64,000 nucleotides of DNA from an uncultured Acidobacteriota bacterium (GTDB lineage Bacteria > Acidobacteriota > UBA6911). The position numbers were made by a program, and so were the translations under genes. Under the pieces are notes generated by a model. It did not search any database. It worked only from the letters and a program-made list of their open reading frames with translations, and had not been told where the DNA came from. Location of the stretch: the NCBI GenBank assembly GCA_964651155.1, contig CAZYXB010000007.1, positions 40,273 to 104,272 of the forward strand. Direction: 5' to 3'. Shown one piece after another: positions 38,598 through 49,029 of this stretch (position 1 is the first letter of the stretch; each line of letters begins with the position of its first letter).

Positions 38598-41500
38598 GTG
38601 CCAAAGCGTAACGACATTCATAAGGTACTCATCATAGGATCCGGCCCCATTATCATTGGACAGGCGTGCGAATTCGATTATTCAGGAACGCAGGCATGCA
38701 AGGCCTTGCGCAAGCTCGGCTATGAAATCGTCCTGGTCAACTCCAATCCTGCAACCATTATGACCGACCCGGGCATGGCGGATGCTACCTACATCGAACC
38801 GCTAAACGTCGCCTCGATCGAAAAGGTTATCGCCAAGGAGCGCCCCGATGCACTGCTGCCCAACCTCGGGGGCCAGACCGGGCTGAATCTCTCGGCCCAG
38901 CTCGCTCAGACGGGGATTCTCGAGAAATATGGCGTGCAGATCATCGGCGTACAAGCGGATGCGATCGAACGCGGGGAGGATCGGCAGGCATTCAAAAGAA
39001 CCATGGACCAACTGGGCATCGAAACACCCAGAAGCGAGATAGCCCTGAGCCTGGAAGACGCCGAGGAGGCCCTCTCACGGATAGACCTTCCCTGCGTCAT
39101 CCGTCCCGCATACACCCTGGGAGGCACCGGTGGGGGCCTTGTGTACAATCTGGAAGAATTCCGCACCATCGTCAGCCGCGGACTGTCCGCCAGCCTTGTC
39201 GGGCAGGTACTGATTGAAGAATCCGTCGAGGGCTGGGAGGAGCTGGAGCTGGAAGTTGTTCGTGACGCCAAAGGCCAGAAAATCACTGTCTGCTTCATCG
39301 AGAACATCGACGCGATGGGCGTTCATACGGGAGATTCCTTCTGTTCCGCCCCGATGCTGACGATTGCACCCGAATTGCAGAAAAGACTGCAGGAGTACTC
39401 CTATGCCATTGTTGACGCAATCGGCGTTATCGGCGGGACCAACATCCAGTTCGCGCACAACCCAGCGGACGGACGTATCGTCGTTATTGAAATCAACCCC
39501 CGTACTTCCCGCTCGTCGGCGCTCGCATCGAAAGCGACGGGGTTCCCCATCGCTTTCGTATCATCCCTTCTGGCCGTCGGCCTGACGCTGGACGAAATTC
39601 CCTACTGGAGAGATGGAACACTCGACAAGTACACCCCCTGGGGGGACTATGTCGTTATCAAGTTCGCCCGCTGGGCATTCGAAAAGTTCAAAGGCGCCGA
39701 AGACCGCCTTGGAACCCAGATGCGCGCCGTTGGCGAAGTCATGAGCATCGGCAAAAATTTCAAGGAAGCCTTCCAGAAAGCAATCCGCTCCCTGGAAATC
39801 GGCAGATTCGGGCTCGGATTCGCGAAGGATTTCAACAAAAAATCACTGGAGGAGCTGAAGGAAATGCTGGGGCGGCCTTCGAGCGAACGCATTTTCATCA
39901 TCTACGAGGCGCTGCGCAAAGGCGCCGACATCAACGAAATTTCCGAAAAGACCAGGATCAAGCCGTGGTTCCTTCAGCAGATGAAAGAGCTGGTGGGCCT
40001 CGAGGAGGACATTCTGACCCACAAGGGGCGCATGATACCCGACGCCCTGATGTCGCGGGCGAAACACGACGGATTCGCGGACGGCTACCTGGCCAAACTT
40101 CTCGGCATTCCGGAGCAACAGATCCGCACCCGTAGGATGGAATTAGGCATCAGGGAAACCTGGCAGCCGGTACCCGTTTCCGGCGTGGAGAACGCGGCCT
40201 ACTACTACTCCACCTACAATGCACCCGACAATGTCCGGGTCAGCGACCGCAAGAAAGTCATGATCCTTGGAGGCGGCCCCAACCGCATCGGACAGGGGAT
40301 CGAATTCGACTACTGCTGCGTCCATGCAGCCTTCGCGCTGCGCGACCTGGGATACGAAACCATCATGGTCAACTGCAACCCGGAAACCGTATCCACGGAC
40401 TACGATACCTCCGACAGGCTCTATTTTGAACCGCTGACTACCGAAGACGTTCTGAGCATCTACGAAAAAGAGAAACCCGAAGGAGTCATCATCCAGTTCG
40501 GCGGGCAGACGCCGCTGAACATCTGCCGGGATCTGGAACGCGCGGGCGTGAATATCCTCGGCACCCCGCCCGACATCATCGACCTGGCCGAAGACCGCGA
40601 CCGATTCCGCATCAGGATGGAAAAGCTCGGGATCCCGCAGCCCCCCTCCGGGATGGCGCGCAATGTCGAGGAGGCTGTCGCCATCGCCGACAGAATCGGC
40701 TTCCCGCTCATGGTCCGACCGTCCTATGTCCTTGGAGGCCGCGGGATGGAAATCGTGCATGATCGCGAGGATCTCGTCCTGTATGTCGAAGGCGCCATGC
40801 AGGTCTGGCCGGACCTTCCGATCCTGATCGACAAATTCCTGGAAAACGCCCTCGAAGTCGAAGCGGACGCAGTGTCGGACGGCACGGATGCCTTCATCCC
40901 CGCCATCATGGAGCATATCGAGCTAGCCGGAGTCCATTCGGGCGATTCAGCATGCGTGCTGCCTCCTGTCAGCATCGAGGAAAAGCATCGCCGGACAATC
41001 GAAGAGTATACGAAAAAAATTGCCACGGAACTGAAGGTCCTCGGGCTGATCAACATTCAATACGCCATTGCGGGCGACACGGTATACATACTGGAGGCCA
41101 ACCCCCGCGCTTCGCGAACCGTTCCCCTGGTCTCCAAGGTGTGCAATATCCAGATGGTCCGGATCGCCACGCAGCTCATGATGGGCAAGAAGTTGAAAGA
41201 GCTGAACCTGACACGCAAAAAACTGTCCCATTTCGGCGTCAAGGAAGCCGTATTCCCATTCAACATGTTTCCGGAGGTGGATCCGGTCCTCGGCCCCGAG
41301 ATGCGTTCCACCGGCGAAGTCCTGGGCATAGCGGATTCGTTCGAACTGGCGTTTTTCAAGTCGCAGGAGGCGGCTCAGCAACGACTTCCCAAAGAAGGCA
41401 CCGTTCTGATCTCCGTTTCCGACCCGGACAAGGAGGAAGCTCTGGGGATCGCGCGTGAATTTTCACGCATGGGATTCAACATCCTGGCCACTGAAGGCAC

Positions 41501-41795
41501 CCAGAAGTTTCTCTCCGCCAACGGCATCGCCTCTACCGCTATTCTGAAGATAACCGATGGGAGGCCCAATATCGTCGACGCCATCAAAAATGGAGACATC
41601 AACCTGGTGATCAACACGCCCATAGGCAAACGCGGAACCACGGACGATTCCTACATCCGCAAGACCGCCATCAAGCATAAAGTCTCCTATATCACAACCA
41701 TGGCGGCGGCAAAAGCCGCCGCGAAGGGGATTGCCGCCTTCCGCAAAAAAGAGTCGCAGGTGGTATCGTTGCAGCAATACCACAATGCCCTATAA
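38598..41795 (+). CDS. carB: carbamoyl-phosphate synthase large subunit
   Basis: PKRNDIHKVLIIGSGPIIIGQACEFDYSG, GVHTGDS, EINPRTSRSSALASKATG, NCNPETVSTDYD, EANPRASRT, MGS domain; GTG start with AAGGAG RBS. Confidence 0.97.
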   Translation: MPKRNDIHKVLIIGSGPIIIGQACEFDYSGTQACKALRKLGYEIVLVNSNPATIMTDPGMADATYIEPLNVASIEKVIAKERPDALLPNLGGQTGLNLSAQLAQTGILEKYGVQIIGVQADAIERGEDRQAFKRTMDQLGIETPRSEIALSLEDAEEALSRIDLPCVIRPAYTLGGTGGGLVYNLEEFRTIVSRGLSASLVGQVLIEESVEGWEELELEVVRDAKGQKITVCFIENIDAMGVHTGDSFCSAPMLTIAPELQKRLQEYSYAIVDAIGVIGGTNIQFAHNPADGRIVVIEINPRTSRSSALASKATGFPIAFVSSLLAVGLTLDEIPYWRDGTLDKYTPWGDYVVIKFARWAFEKFKGAEDRLGTQMRAVGEVMSIGKNFKEAFQKAIRSLEIGRFGLGFAKDFNKKSLEELKEMLGRPSSERIFIIYEALRKGADINEISEKTRIKPWFLQQMKELVGLEEDILTHKGRMIPDALMSRAKHDGFADGYLAKLLGIPEQQIRTRRMELGIRETWQPVPVSGVENAAYYYSTYNAPDNVRVSDRKKVMILGGGPNRIGQGIEFDYCCVHAAFALRDLGYETIMVNCNPETVSTDYDTSDRLYFEPLTTEDVLSIYEKEKPEGVIIQFGGQTPLNICRDLERAGVNILGTPPDIIDLAEDRDRFRIRMEKLGIPQPPSGMARNVEEAVAIADRIGFPLMVRPSYVLGGRGMEIVHDREDLVLYVEGAMQVWPDLPILIDKFLENALEVEADAVSDGTDAFIPAIMEHIELAGVHSGDSACVLPPVSIEEKHRRTIEEYTKKIATELKVLGLINIQYAIAGDTVYILEANPRASRTVPLVSKVCNIQMVRIATQLMMGKKLKELNLTRKKLSHFGVKEAVFPFNMFPEVDPVLGPEMRSTGEVLGIADSFELAFFKSQEAAQQRLPKEGTVLISVSDPDKEEALGIAREFSRMGFNILATEGTQKFLSANGIASTAILKITDGRPNIVDAIKNGDINLVINTPIGKRGTTDDSYIRKTAIKHKVSYITTMAAAKAAAKGIAAFRKKESQVVSLQQYHNAL

Positions 41796-42369
41796 AGCCT
41801 CGCGGGCACAATGCCGCCCGGCGACTGCAGCGGCAACGACGGTCGGGCGAACTGCACGCGGGCAGGCTCCGTTCCGGTCCGACGGGTTCCGGATTGGAAA
41901 GTCTCTTTTTCCTTCGATTCCTCGAGCATCGAAAGGCCGTCGAATTCCAGCCTGTGCTGTTTGTGCCAACGGAACGGGAATACGCACAGTACTATGCCAG
42001 GGAACACCGTTCCGAGAAGAAACCAGCAAATGGGGAAAACGCTCAACGCGAACCCTGCAACGGCCACAAGCGCGAAGATCGTCCCTAATCGGTTGCTGCC
42101 GACATAGACCCCATTGCGCAATACAATGCTGTGGTGATGAGCCTTTGTCCGCTTTCCCTTGATGAAGAACGTACGTTTCTTATGGCCTGGGAATGCCGGC
42201 AGGCTGGCAAGGCCGCCTTGGTCTTTCTAGTATTTGAATGCCGAACATCCGCAAATCAAAGGGATGCTGCACCGTCGCCAGCGGGCCAGCAACCCTGCAG
42301 GGCCCTGTGGATGCGTACCCGGATAGAGCCGGAACCCGGCCGCAGGTCGCGGGTGTTCCCCGTCGGCGC

Positions 42370-42825
42370 CTATTTCGATCCGTCGCCCGTCCAGGATTTC
42401 GCTTTCAGGTACTGCACCGGGATGGATTCGTCCCGGTAGGCTCGGAAGCGTTTTCGGCACTCCTCCTTGATTCCCGGAGGGGTGTGGTACACGAACTCGT
42501 GAATACGCTCGAAGCCGCGGGCAAATGCGATGCTGCAGTGACCGTCAGCGACGAGAACGCCGGACGCAAACGGCCGCCATTCGCCAGTGATGATGGCGAC
42601 CGGGACGGTTCCCGTCGCATCGCCGCCTGCCAGCAGCCTGTGGGGGATGAAAGAGTCCTGGTGCAGTATCCACAGGCACCGGTCGATCTCCGCGGCGCGT
42701 TCTTCCGAGGCTGCGAAAACAGTGGCGTTTTCACGCCGCCGGTAGGCTTCCTCCACGATTTCAAAAATGCGCTGATCGTGGGCGGAAGCATCCGTGTCAT
42801 GGAAAATGCAGGTCGTTGTGTTCAT
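42370..42825 (-). CDS. holC: DNA polymerase III chi subunit-like protein
   Basis: FH...IVEEAY, AAEIDRCLW...DSFIPH, FERIHEFV, CRKRFRAYR pattern characteristic of HolC. Confidence 0.75.
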   Translation of the reverse strand: MNTTTCIFHDTDASAHDQRIFEIVEEAYRRRENATVFAASEERAAEIDRCLWILHQDSFIPHRLLAGGDATGTVPVAIITGEWRPFASGVLVADGHCSIAFARGFERIHEFVYHTPPGIKEECRKRFRAYRDESIPVQYLKAKSWTGDGSK

Positions 42826-43446
42826 CGTACCAGAGCCCCGAGGCGCAGAACTCCGCTTGCCCGTGCATCCCTGCCGAACTGCATGCAATCCTGCGATTCC
42901 AATTTGTCGAAATCGTCCGTAAAGAGTCCCATGCCGCCGCACAACCCTGTAATCATCGCATACCCCGGAGGAGGTTCCGTCCTTCGGGACGCGCCCGCCG
43001 AAAAGCTTCATGGGGACATCCCCGACCCCGAGGATAGATCCGGGTTACCTCCGCATTCAGGCCTGCGTCTGTTTAGGACCCGGAGCGCGCCGCATATCCC
43101 CGCAGCAGGCAAACAAACCGCACACTTTGCCCCGGATCCTGTCCGCTTTCGCGTTTAAGAAAATCATTGAGTTCCTTCGGTCCTCTTACGCCGCGTATGG
43201 CAGTACCGATGATACTAGGATCTCAGGATGCGGGATCTGCCGGATATCCGCCACGGAGGCGATGCCTCCCAACCCCTCCGATATCCATACGCCGGCATCG
43301 CGGGAGGTTCCCTACCCGGTCCCGAACACCACGATCCATTTCTGTTTCGTGGACCTTGGGATGCACTGAAACGGTACCGGCGCCGCCATCGCTGCATCGG
43401 CGGCCACACCCGCCGTCCCGAGATCGACAAATGTCCCTCTACGCAT
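42822..43446 (-). pseudogene. decayed gene for a Tat-type exported flavodoxin-like (HemG/Flavodoxin_5-like) protein
   Basis: Hand-translated fragments across frames: MRRGTFVDLGTAGVAA..KWIVVFGTG*GTSRDAGVWISEGLGG / IIGTAIRG / KVCGLFACCG / VPMKLFGGR / DDFDKLESQDCMQFG...*; internal stops and several frameshifts; last TGA overlaps the holC ATG. Confidence 0.55.
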
Positions 43447-43629
43447 TTCTCCCCCCCCCAAAAGATCCCATACCGTACGGCAGTGATGGAATACCCATGC
43501 GGCGTACACCATACGCAGGGTTATTGCAGTTGGAACACGGGAGACATCGTCTTGGATGTACCCGGATTGGGGGGCAGGAGAGAGGTCCAGGGCCGTTGTC
43601 CGGCGGCCGCGTCCAGCTGAAAACCGCAT

Positions 43630-44511
43630 TCATGGGATCTGGAACGGGGCGACAAACGGGACGTCGAACTCCATGAGGGATTCATACACTTCCCCGTTTT
43701 TGGTGGCAGGGAGAAACTGCCAGGTGTTCGCCACGGCATCCAGCGCCCTCTCTTCCAGCTTGCGGTTGATCCCCTTGACCACCTTGAGGTGCCGGACACC
43801 CCCGTTTTTCGTGATCAAACCGGACAGCCGCACCGTTCTGCCCTGATCATATCCCGAGGCATCCTCGGGCAGTGGAACCGGAGGATGCTCGATCGCCCTT
43901 GGGGGATTGATCCCGTCGGCGATCAGTCCTTCCCAGTCGCGGTCCCATGCGTCCGTTCCGTCCGTACTTTCAACGGTTCCCATCTCGTCTAGGTTCAGTT
44001 CCCCATACATGGCGTTCACATCGGGTCTGTCCAGGTCCACTCCTTCGATCTTTCGAACCAGCTCGTCAAATTGGATCTTCTCCAGTGCCTGCATGTAAAA
44101 CCGTCGCGAGCCGATCCGGACGCTCATTTCCTCAATGCTTTCCTTCTCCCGGAAACAGCCCAGGATGTTCAGCCCGGTGAAGGAATGCCCCTTGAGCATG
44201 ACCGACGCGGTGTATGTCTGGGTTTTGCCCAGGGGGTCCTGGTGCTTCACCTTGTACACCTGCCCGATGTAATGCTGTCCCGACGCACTCCTGTATATGA
44301 AATCCGCCGGTTGAACGACGAGGACATAATCGGAAAGATTGATGAAATTCACCACGAAGGCGTGTGCGCCGGCCGATTCCGCGGTGATAATGCACCCTGC
44401 ATCCACAAAAGCGAACGTAACCGGGTTTTCCGATGCAGCCGCCGACGGCGGGGCGGCCAGGCTCCAGCAAACGACAGCGCATACCGTCACGAATGCGAGT
44501 ATTTTCTTCAA
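43630..44511 (-). CDS. exported protein with C-terminal TonB-C domain
   Basis: Signal peptide after TTG with GGAGG RBS; C-terminus VRLSGLITKNGGV..LKVVKG...LEERALDAVANTWQFLPATKNG. Confidence 0.7.
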   Translation of the reverse strand: MKKILAFVTVCAVVCWSLAAPPSAAASENPVTFAFVDAGCIITAESAGAHAFVVNFINLSDYVLVVQPADFIYRSASGQHYIGQVYKVKHQDPLGKTQTYTASVMLKGHSFTGLNILGCFREKESIEEMSVRIGSRRFYMQALEKIQFDELVRKIEGVDLDRPDVNAMYGELNLDEMGTVESTDGTDAWDRDWEGLIADGINPPRAIEHPPVPLPEDASGYDQGRTVRLSGLITKNGGVRHLKVVKGINRKLEERALDAVANTWQFLPATKNGEVYESLMEFDVPFVAPFQIP

Positions 44512-44683
44512 CGGAGCCCCCTCCAATATCCTTTATGGCATGAAGTTCTGAAGCTCCATCGGAACCGGCTTCAGAAGGTATCCGCGCAATGATGCCGCCC
44601 GCCGGGTGGGGATCCCGCCGAGGGGCTTCGGCATCAATATAGCAGCAAACACACCGGTTGCACAGCCCCTCCGGAGCTCCGGC

Positions 44684-46030
44684 CTATCCCGCATGCTGCC
44701 GGACCTTTTCTTCTACCATCCCCCGTATGGCCTCCAGTTGTTCCGGCGTGTCGGCCTCGAAGCGCATGACCAGCATATCCTGCGTGTTGGATGCGCGAAC
44801 CAGACCCCATCCGTGGGGGAACAGGATGCGGGCCCCATCGACTTCGATGAGTTCGTGGTCTTTGCGGAAATAGTCCTTGATCTTTTCGACAACCCCGAAT
44901 TTTGTATCGTCGTCGCATTGAACGCGGATTTCCGGAGTTACGAATGTTGCGGGAAATTCCGAAAGGATTCCCGACAGGGGGACCGGCAGGTCCGACAACA
45001 GCTCCAGCAGGCGGCACGCGGCATAGATGGCGTCGTCGTACCCGAAATACCGGTCTGCAAAAAACATATGCCCGCTCATTTCTCCGGCCAGAACGGCTTT
45101 TTCCTCCTTCATCTTCGCCTTTATCAAGGAATGCCCCGTTTTCCACATGATGGCCCGTCCGCCATTTTTTTCAATGTCCCTGTACATGTTCATGGAGCAT
45201 TTGACCTCGGAAATGAACGTGGCTCCCGGCCTTCTTCGAAGGATTTCCCGGGCGAATATGGCCAGCAGAATGTCTCCCCAGATGATTGTCCCGTCGTCCG
45301 CTATCACTCCGATCCTATCGGCGTCCCCGTCGAATGCGACCCCGAGTTCCAGGCGCCCCTGCTGCACGCATGCCTGCAGATCGGACAGGTTTCCCTCGAT
45401 GGTCGGATCGGGATGGTGGTTCGGAAACGAACCGTCCATGGTGCAGTACAGTTCCGTAACCTCCGCGCCCAGAGAGCGCATGATGTCCGGCGCCACGAGG
45501 CTTGCCGTGCCGTTGCCGCAATCGACGGCAATACGAACGGGACGATTGAGCTTGATGCCGCCGCGGATACGCTCCGAGTAAGGAGCGATGATGTCTACGG
45601 TCGAAAGCGTTCCATGCCCGGACGCGAAATCGCCGGACTGGATGATGCGGTAGATGTCCTGTATCCGCTCGCCGTACACCGAATCCGTTCCTATGCAGAT
45701 TTTCAGACCGTTGTACTCGGAAGGATTGTGGCTTCCCGTGATCATGACACCGCCGTCGGCGCCGCAATGCAGAATGGAAAAATAAAGAAGCGGCGTGGGA
45801 ACGATCCCCGCATCGATAACGGACACCCCCGCTGCCAGCATACCCGTTGCCAGAGCGTCCCGGAAAGGGTCCGAGCTTGGACGGCAGTCGCGCCCCAGCG
45901 TAACCATTCTTTTCCCGTGCCGCCTCATCATCGTGCCGATGCCCCGTCCGAGCAGCTCGACGGTCTCCTCGGTCAAGTCAACTCCCGCAATGCCGCGGAT
46001 GTCGTATTCACGAAATATTTCCCGTCTCAA
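44684..46030 (-). CDS. phosphomannomutase/phosphoglucomutase (AlgC/ManB-like)
   Basis: IFREYDIRG, MITGSHNP (phospho-Ser), FDGDADR metal loop, AGEMSGH, LVRASNT. Confidence 0.94.
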   Translation of the reverse strand: MRREIFREYDIRGIAGVDLTEETVELLGRGIGTMMRRHGKRMVTLGRDCRPSSDPFRDALATGMLAAGVSVIDAGIVPTPLLYFSILHCGADGGVMITGSHNPSEYNGLKICIGTDSVYGERIQDIYRIIQSGDFASGHGTLSTVDIIAPYSERIRGGIKLNRPVRIAVDCGNGTASLVAPDIMRSLGAEVTELYCTMDGSFPNHHPDPTIEGNLSDLQACVQQGRLELGVAFDGDADRIGVIADDGTIIWGDILLAIFAREILRRRPGATFISEVKCSMNMYRDIEKNGGRAIMWKTGHSLIKAKMKEEKAVLAGEMSGHMFFADRYFGYDDAIYAACRLLELLSDLPVPLSGILSEFPATFVTPEIRVQCDDDTKFGVVEKIKDYFRKDHELIEVDGARILFPHGWGLVRASNTQDMLVMRFEADTPEQLEAIRGMVEEKVRQHAG

Positions 46031-46285
46031 AATATCCTCCGTTCGATGCGCCCGGCTGATGGATTCCCGTCCCGGCAGCCTGCATCATGGGAGTCGACGG
46101 CACGGATTCCCGGGACAAACGGCATGCCCCTCGTCCGGGCATCTTCGAGGATCGGCGCCCGCGGGATGCGCATCCTCGGGGGTACGCCGGCAGGCCCGTG
46201 ACATGGGCCCTGTATTCCCGCATGTTCCGTACAGGCTCCTGCAGGGGAAGCTGCCCGCGCGGGAGCGCGCGTCTCCTTGCAGGCG

Positions 46286-46873
46286 CTAGGCATCGACGGG
46301 CTTCAGGTTCAGCAGTTCCAGGCAGTGGCTGCGGAAATATTCGAGGTCGATCGGTTTATTGAAGAAAAGATCCGCCCCCTTTTCCAGAATCTGCTGCCGC
46401 ACTATAGGATCATGGTCCCCGGATATTGCGACAATCCGGATGTTCCGGGTGCCCGGATTGGACCTCAGTTTGCTGCAGACTTCATACCCGTTCATTCCCG
46501 GCATCATTAGGTCCAGGATGAGCAGATCCGGTTTGCGCTCTCCAATCATCAACAGGGCCTCGACACCACTTTGGGCCTTGGCGATCTCCAGGCCGGCATT
46601 CGCTGATTTCAACAGCGTCTCGAGCAGGTCCAGGATGTCTGTCTCATCGTCCACGATCAGCACCAGAGGGGCGCGTCGGTCGAGTTCCGGAGGCACCGGC
46701 ATATGGAACTTCGTCAGAAATGCCACCAGGTCGTCGTGCGTCACGCGCCGGTGCCCGCCAGGCGTCTGAAAGGCCTGCAGCTTGTTGTCCTTGATCCAGT
46801 TCTGCACAGTTGTGGGATTGACTCCGCAGATTTGGCTGATCTTAAACGTTGTATAGTACAACGGTCGGGCCAT
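46286..46873 (-). CDS. response regulator: N-terminal excisionase/MerR-like HTH plus receiver domain
   Basis: YTTFKISQICGVNPTTVQNWI...AFQTPGGHRR; VLIVDD, LLILDLMMPG (phospho-Asp), FNKP. Confidence 0.9.
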   Translation of the reverse strand: MARPLYYTTFKISQICGVNPTTVQNWIKDNKLQAFQTPGGHRRVTHDDLVAFLTKFHMPVPPELDRRAPLVLIVDDETDILDLLETLLKSANAGLEIAKAQSGVEALLMIGERKPDLLILDLMMPGMNGYEVCSKLRSNPGTRNIRIVAISGDHDPIVRQQILEKGADLFFNKPIDLEYFRSHCLELLNLKPVDA

Positions 46874-47109
46874 GGGCACATCGTTTCCTGGAATGTGTTG
46901 GAAGACGCCGCGCCTCGCGCCGCGCCGGTTCGGAATGGCCGGGCTCCGGCATGGGCGCATGCCCATGCTTCCAACGGGCCCCGGGCCATGATCCAAACAG
47001 ATTCCATCTGTATTATTGTTAAATTTACCTGCGGGTCAAGCATTCCAATGCAACCGGCCGAACCCGCCATGCTAAAGGCATCCGCCGCTGGGATTCTCCC
47101 CCCGGGTTT

Positions 47110-49029
47110 TCACGGGCCGGCAGGCCGTACTTTGGCCACGATCAGCGTCATGTCGTCGTCCCTTTCATCGGCGGAAACCCAAGCCAGGACCGATTCAAGA
47201 ACGCGATCTTTGATCGTCTCGGCGTCCAGGTCGATATGATGCTGCACCAGCTCTACAAGGCGGGCGCCTCCGAACTCCTCGCCATGCTGGTTGACGCTTT
47301 CTATGATCCCGTCCGTGTACGCCACCAGAACTCCCCCCGGATTCAACTGCATGTGATCCTGGTCATACGTGGAATCGGAGAAAATCCCTATGACGGTCCC
47401 CCCGACGGGGAGCGGCCGGACCGTGTCCCCTTCAAAATAGAGCGGAGGGTTGTGCCCGGCATTGCAGTATGTCAGCGTACGGTCCGTGTCGTTGTACACA
47501 GCGTAGAATAGGGTCGCAAACCTATTGTCGGCCGTATAGCCGAACATCTGGTAATTCATGCGCTGCACAATGTCTGCGACGGAGGACTCATGCTGTTCGA
47601 TGTCCTGCTGTTGCAGATTTAGAACATTGCTTCTCAGGGTGGCTTGAAGGTTCGCCATTAAAAGAGCCGCGGAAATGCCCTTCCCGCAGATATCCCCGAC
47701 TGCAATGCCCAGCCCTGCCCCGTCGAGCGGAAGGTAGTCAAAAAAATCTCCGCTGACGACCCGCGCCGGCAGACACACGCCGGAAACATCCAGGTGGTCC
47801 AAAACCGGGGGATGGGACGGGAACAGCTGTATCTGGACTTCCTTGGCAATCTCGAGCTCACGCTCCATTCTTTCCTTCAGAACGCGCTCGCGTATCCACT
47901 GCTGCACATACTCGGTCATCTGGTTGAACGAAGTCGCGAGCGCACCAAGCTGGTCTTTCGAACGTACATTGATTCTGTGACTGAAGTCTCCCCGCTTGAT
48001 GAATTCGGTTCCCGTGTCCAGATTTCGGACCGCCCCCGTAATCGACTTAGTCAGCTTGATGCCTATCAAAATCGAGGCAACCTCCGCCAGCAGAAAAACA
48101 CTCACAACCGCCAGGAGAACAACCAGGATTCTTTTCCCTATCGGGTTGTCCGATTCATGAATATTCGCCAGAAGTTTCGCGGCGGACGGTTCGACGAGGA
48201 GAACGCCCAGATCAAATGCGCTCCGTTCCTCTCCATCCTCCCACGAAACGGGGAACAGCGAAAAGAGCCAGCCGGACCAGGAGGCATCCGAATCCTTTTC
48301 CCTATCGAAGGTGGAATCCACAATATTTTCGTTCCGGACGTCAATGTTCTGAAACATGACGTTGAGCTTCGGGATCGTCACGCGATCGGCCAGCAAGACA
48401 TCCTGGCCCAGGGCCGCTTTCAGACGGCTCAAAAAATACTGGTCGAATGGGACTGATACTTCGAGGCTGAATTCCAGGTCGGACATGAAATCAGGTCCGA
48501 CGAAACTCCGTATGAATAATTGCCCGCCGTGGATATCCTGCTGGAGGTCCTCGACCACCAGTCCCCTGAAATCGTGCTCCTGTACCCACGCAGGGATGGT
48601 GTATGTCTCGATCGTACCGGTATTCATCCCGTGGTTAATGTAGGTGATCATCTTGCCCGTGTTCGGGTCCCTGAAGTGGAGGATGATGATGGCAGACGGA
48701 TAGGAACTGATGAGAAATCTGGCTCCGGAATCCAGCGCTTCCCTCATCGAGAGCGCCGGGGACTCGCTTCCGTAGGCAGTTTCCTGCAGGCGGTCCTTCA
48801 TGGAAACGCTGAAAGCTCCTATCTGCGCCGAGTGGATGCTGATCTGATTCGTTATAAGGTAATAGCTGAACTGGTAATAGAACAGCAGCCCCGCATACCA
48901 GGAGATGGCAAGCATCAGGAGAATGGGTATCACTCCGATGAACACGTTGGTCAGCACCAGGCGATGCTTAATTTTCCACAGCAGCCGGTTTTTGAGAGAC
49001 CGGAGATATGTGTGCAGGTTCCTTGCCAT
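47110..49029 (-). CDS. membrane sensor with HAMP and PP2C/SpoIIE (RsbU-like) phosphatase domains
   Basis: TMs, HAMP (DQLGALATSFNQM), RELEIAKEVQ, SGDFFD, GDICGKG, CNAGHNPP, YTDGI, DDMT. Confidence 0.9.
   Translation of the reverse strand: MARNLHTYLRSLKNRLLWKIKHRLVLTNVFIGVIPILLMLAISWYAGLLFYYQFSYYLITNQISIHSAQIGAFSVSMKDRLQETAYGSESPALSMREALDSGARFLISSYPSAIIILHFRDPNTGKMITYINHGMNTGTIETYTIPAWVQEHDFRGLVVEDLQQDIHGGQLFIRSFVGPDFMSDLEFSLEVSVPFDQYFLSRLKAALGQDVLLADRVTIPKLNVMFQNIDVRNENIVDSTFDREKDSDASWSGWLFSLFPVSWEDGEERSAFDLGVLLVEPSAAKLLANIHESDNPIGKRILVVLLAVVSVFLLAEVASILIGIKLTKSITGAVRNLDTGTEFIKRGDFSHRINVRSKDQLGALATSFNQMTEYVQQWIRERVLKERMERELEIAKEVQIQLFPSHPPVLDHLDVSGVCLPARVVSGDFFDYLPLDGAGLGIAVGDICGKGISAALLMANLQATLRSNVLNLQQQDIEQHESSVADIVQRMNYQMFGYTADNRFATLFYAVYNDTDRTLTYCNAGHNPPLYFEGDTVRPLPVGGTVIGIFSDSTYDQDHMQLNPGGVLVAYTDGIIESVNQHGEEFGGARLVELVQHHIDLDAETIKDRVLESVLAWVSADERDDDMTLIVAKVRPAGP

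Noticed and set aside
41687-42121. 144-aa minus-strand ORF with two hydrophobic stretches
   Set aside because: TTG start without RBS, 3' end runs antisense into carB, no recognisable family; could be a small membrane protein but is not supportable.
46286-46873. Excisionase signalling a prophage
   Set aside because: The HTH is fused to a receiver domain and no phage or integrase genes are present.
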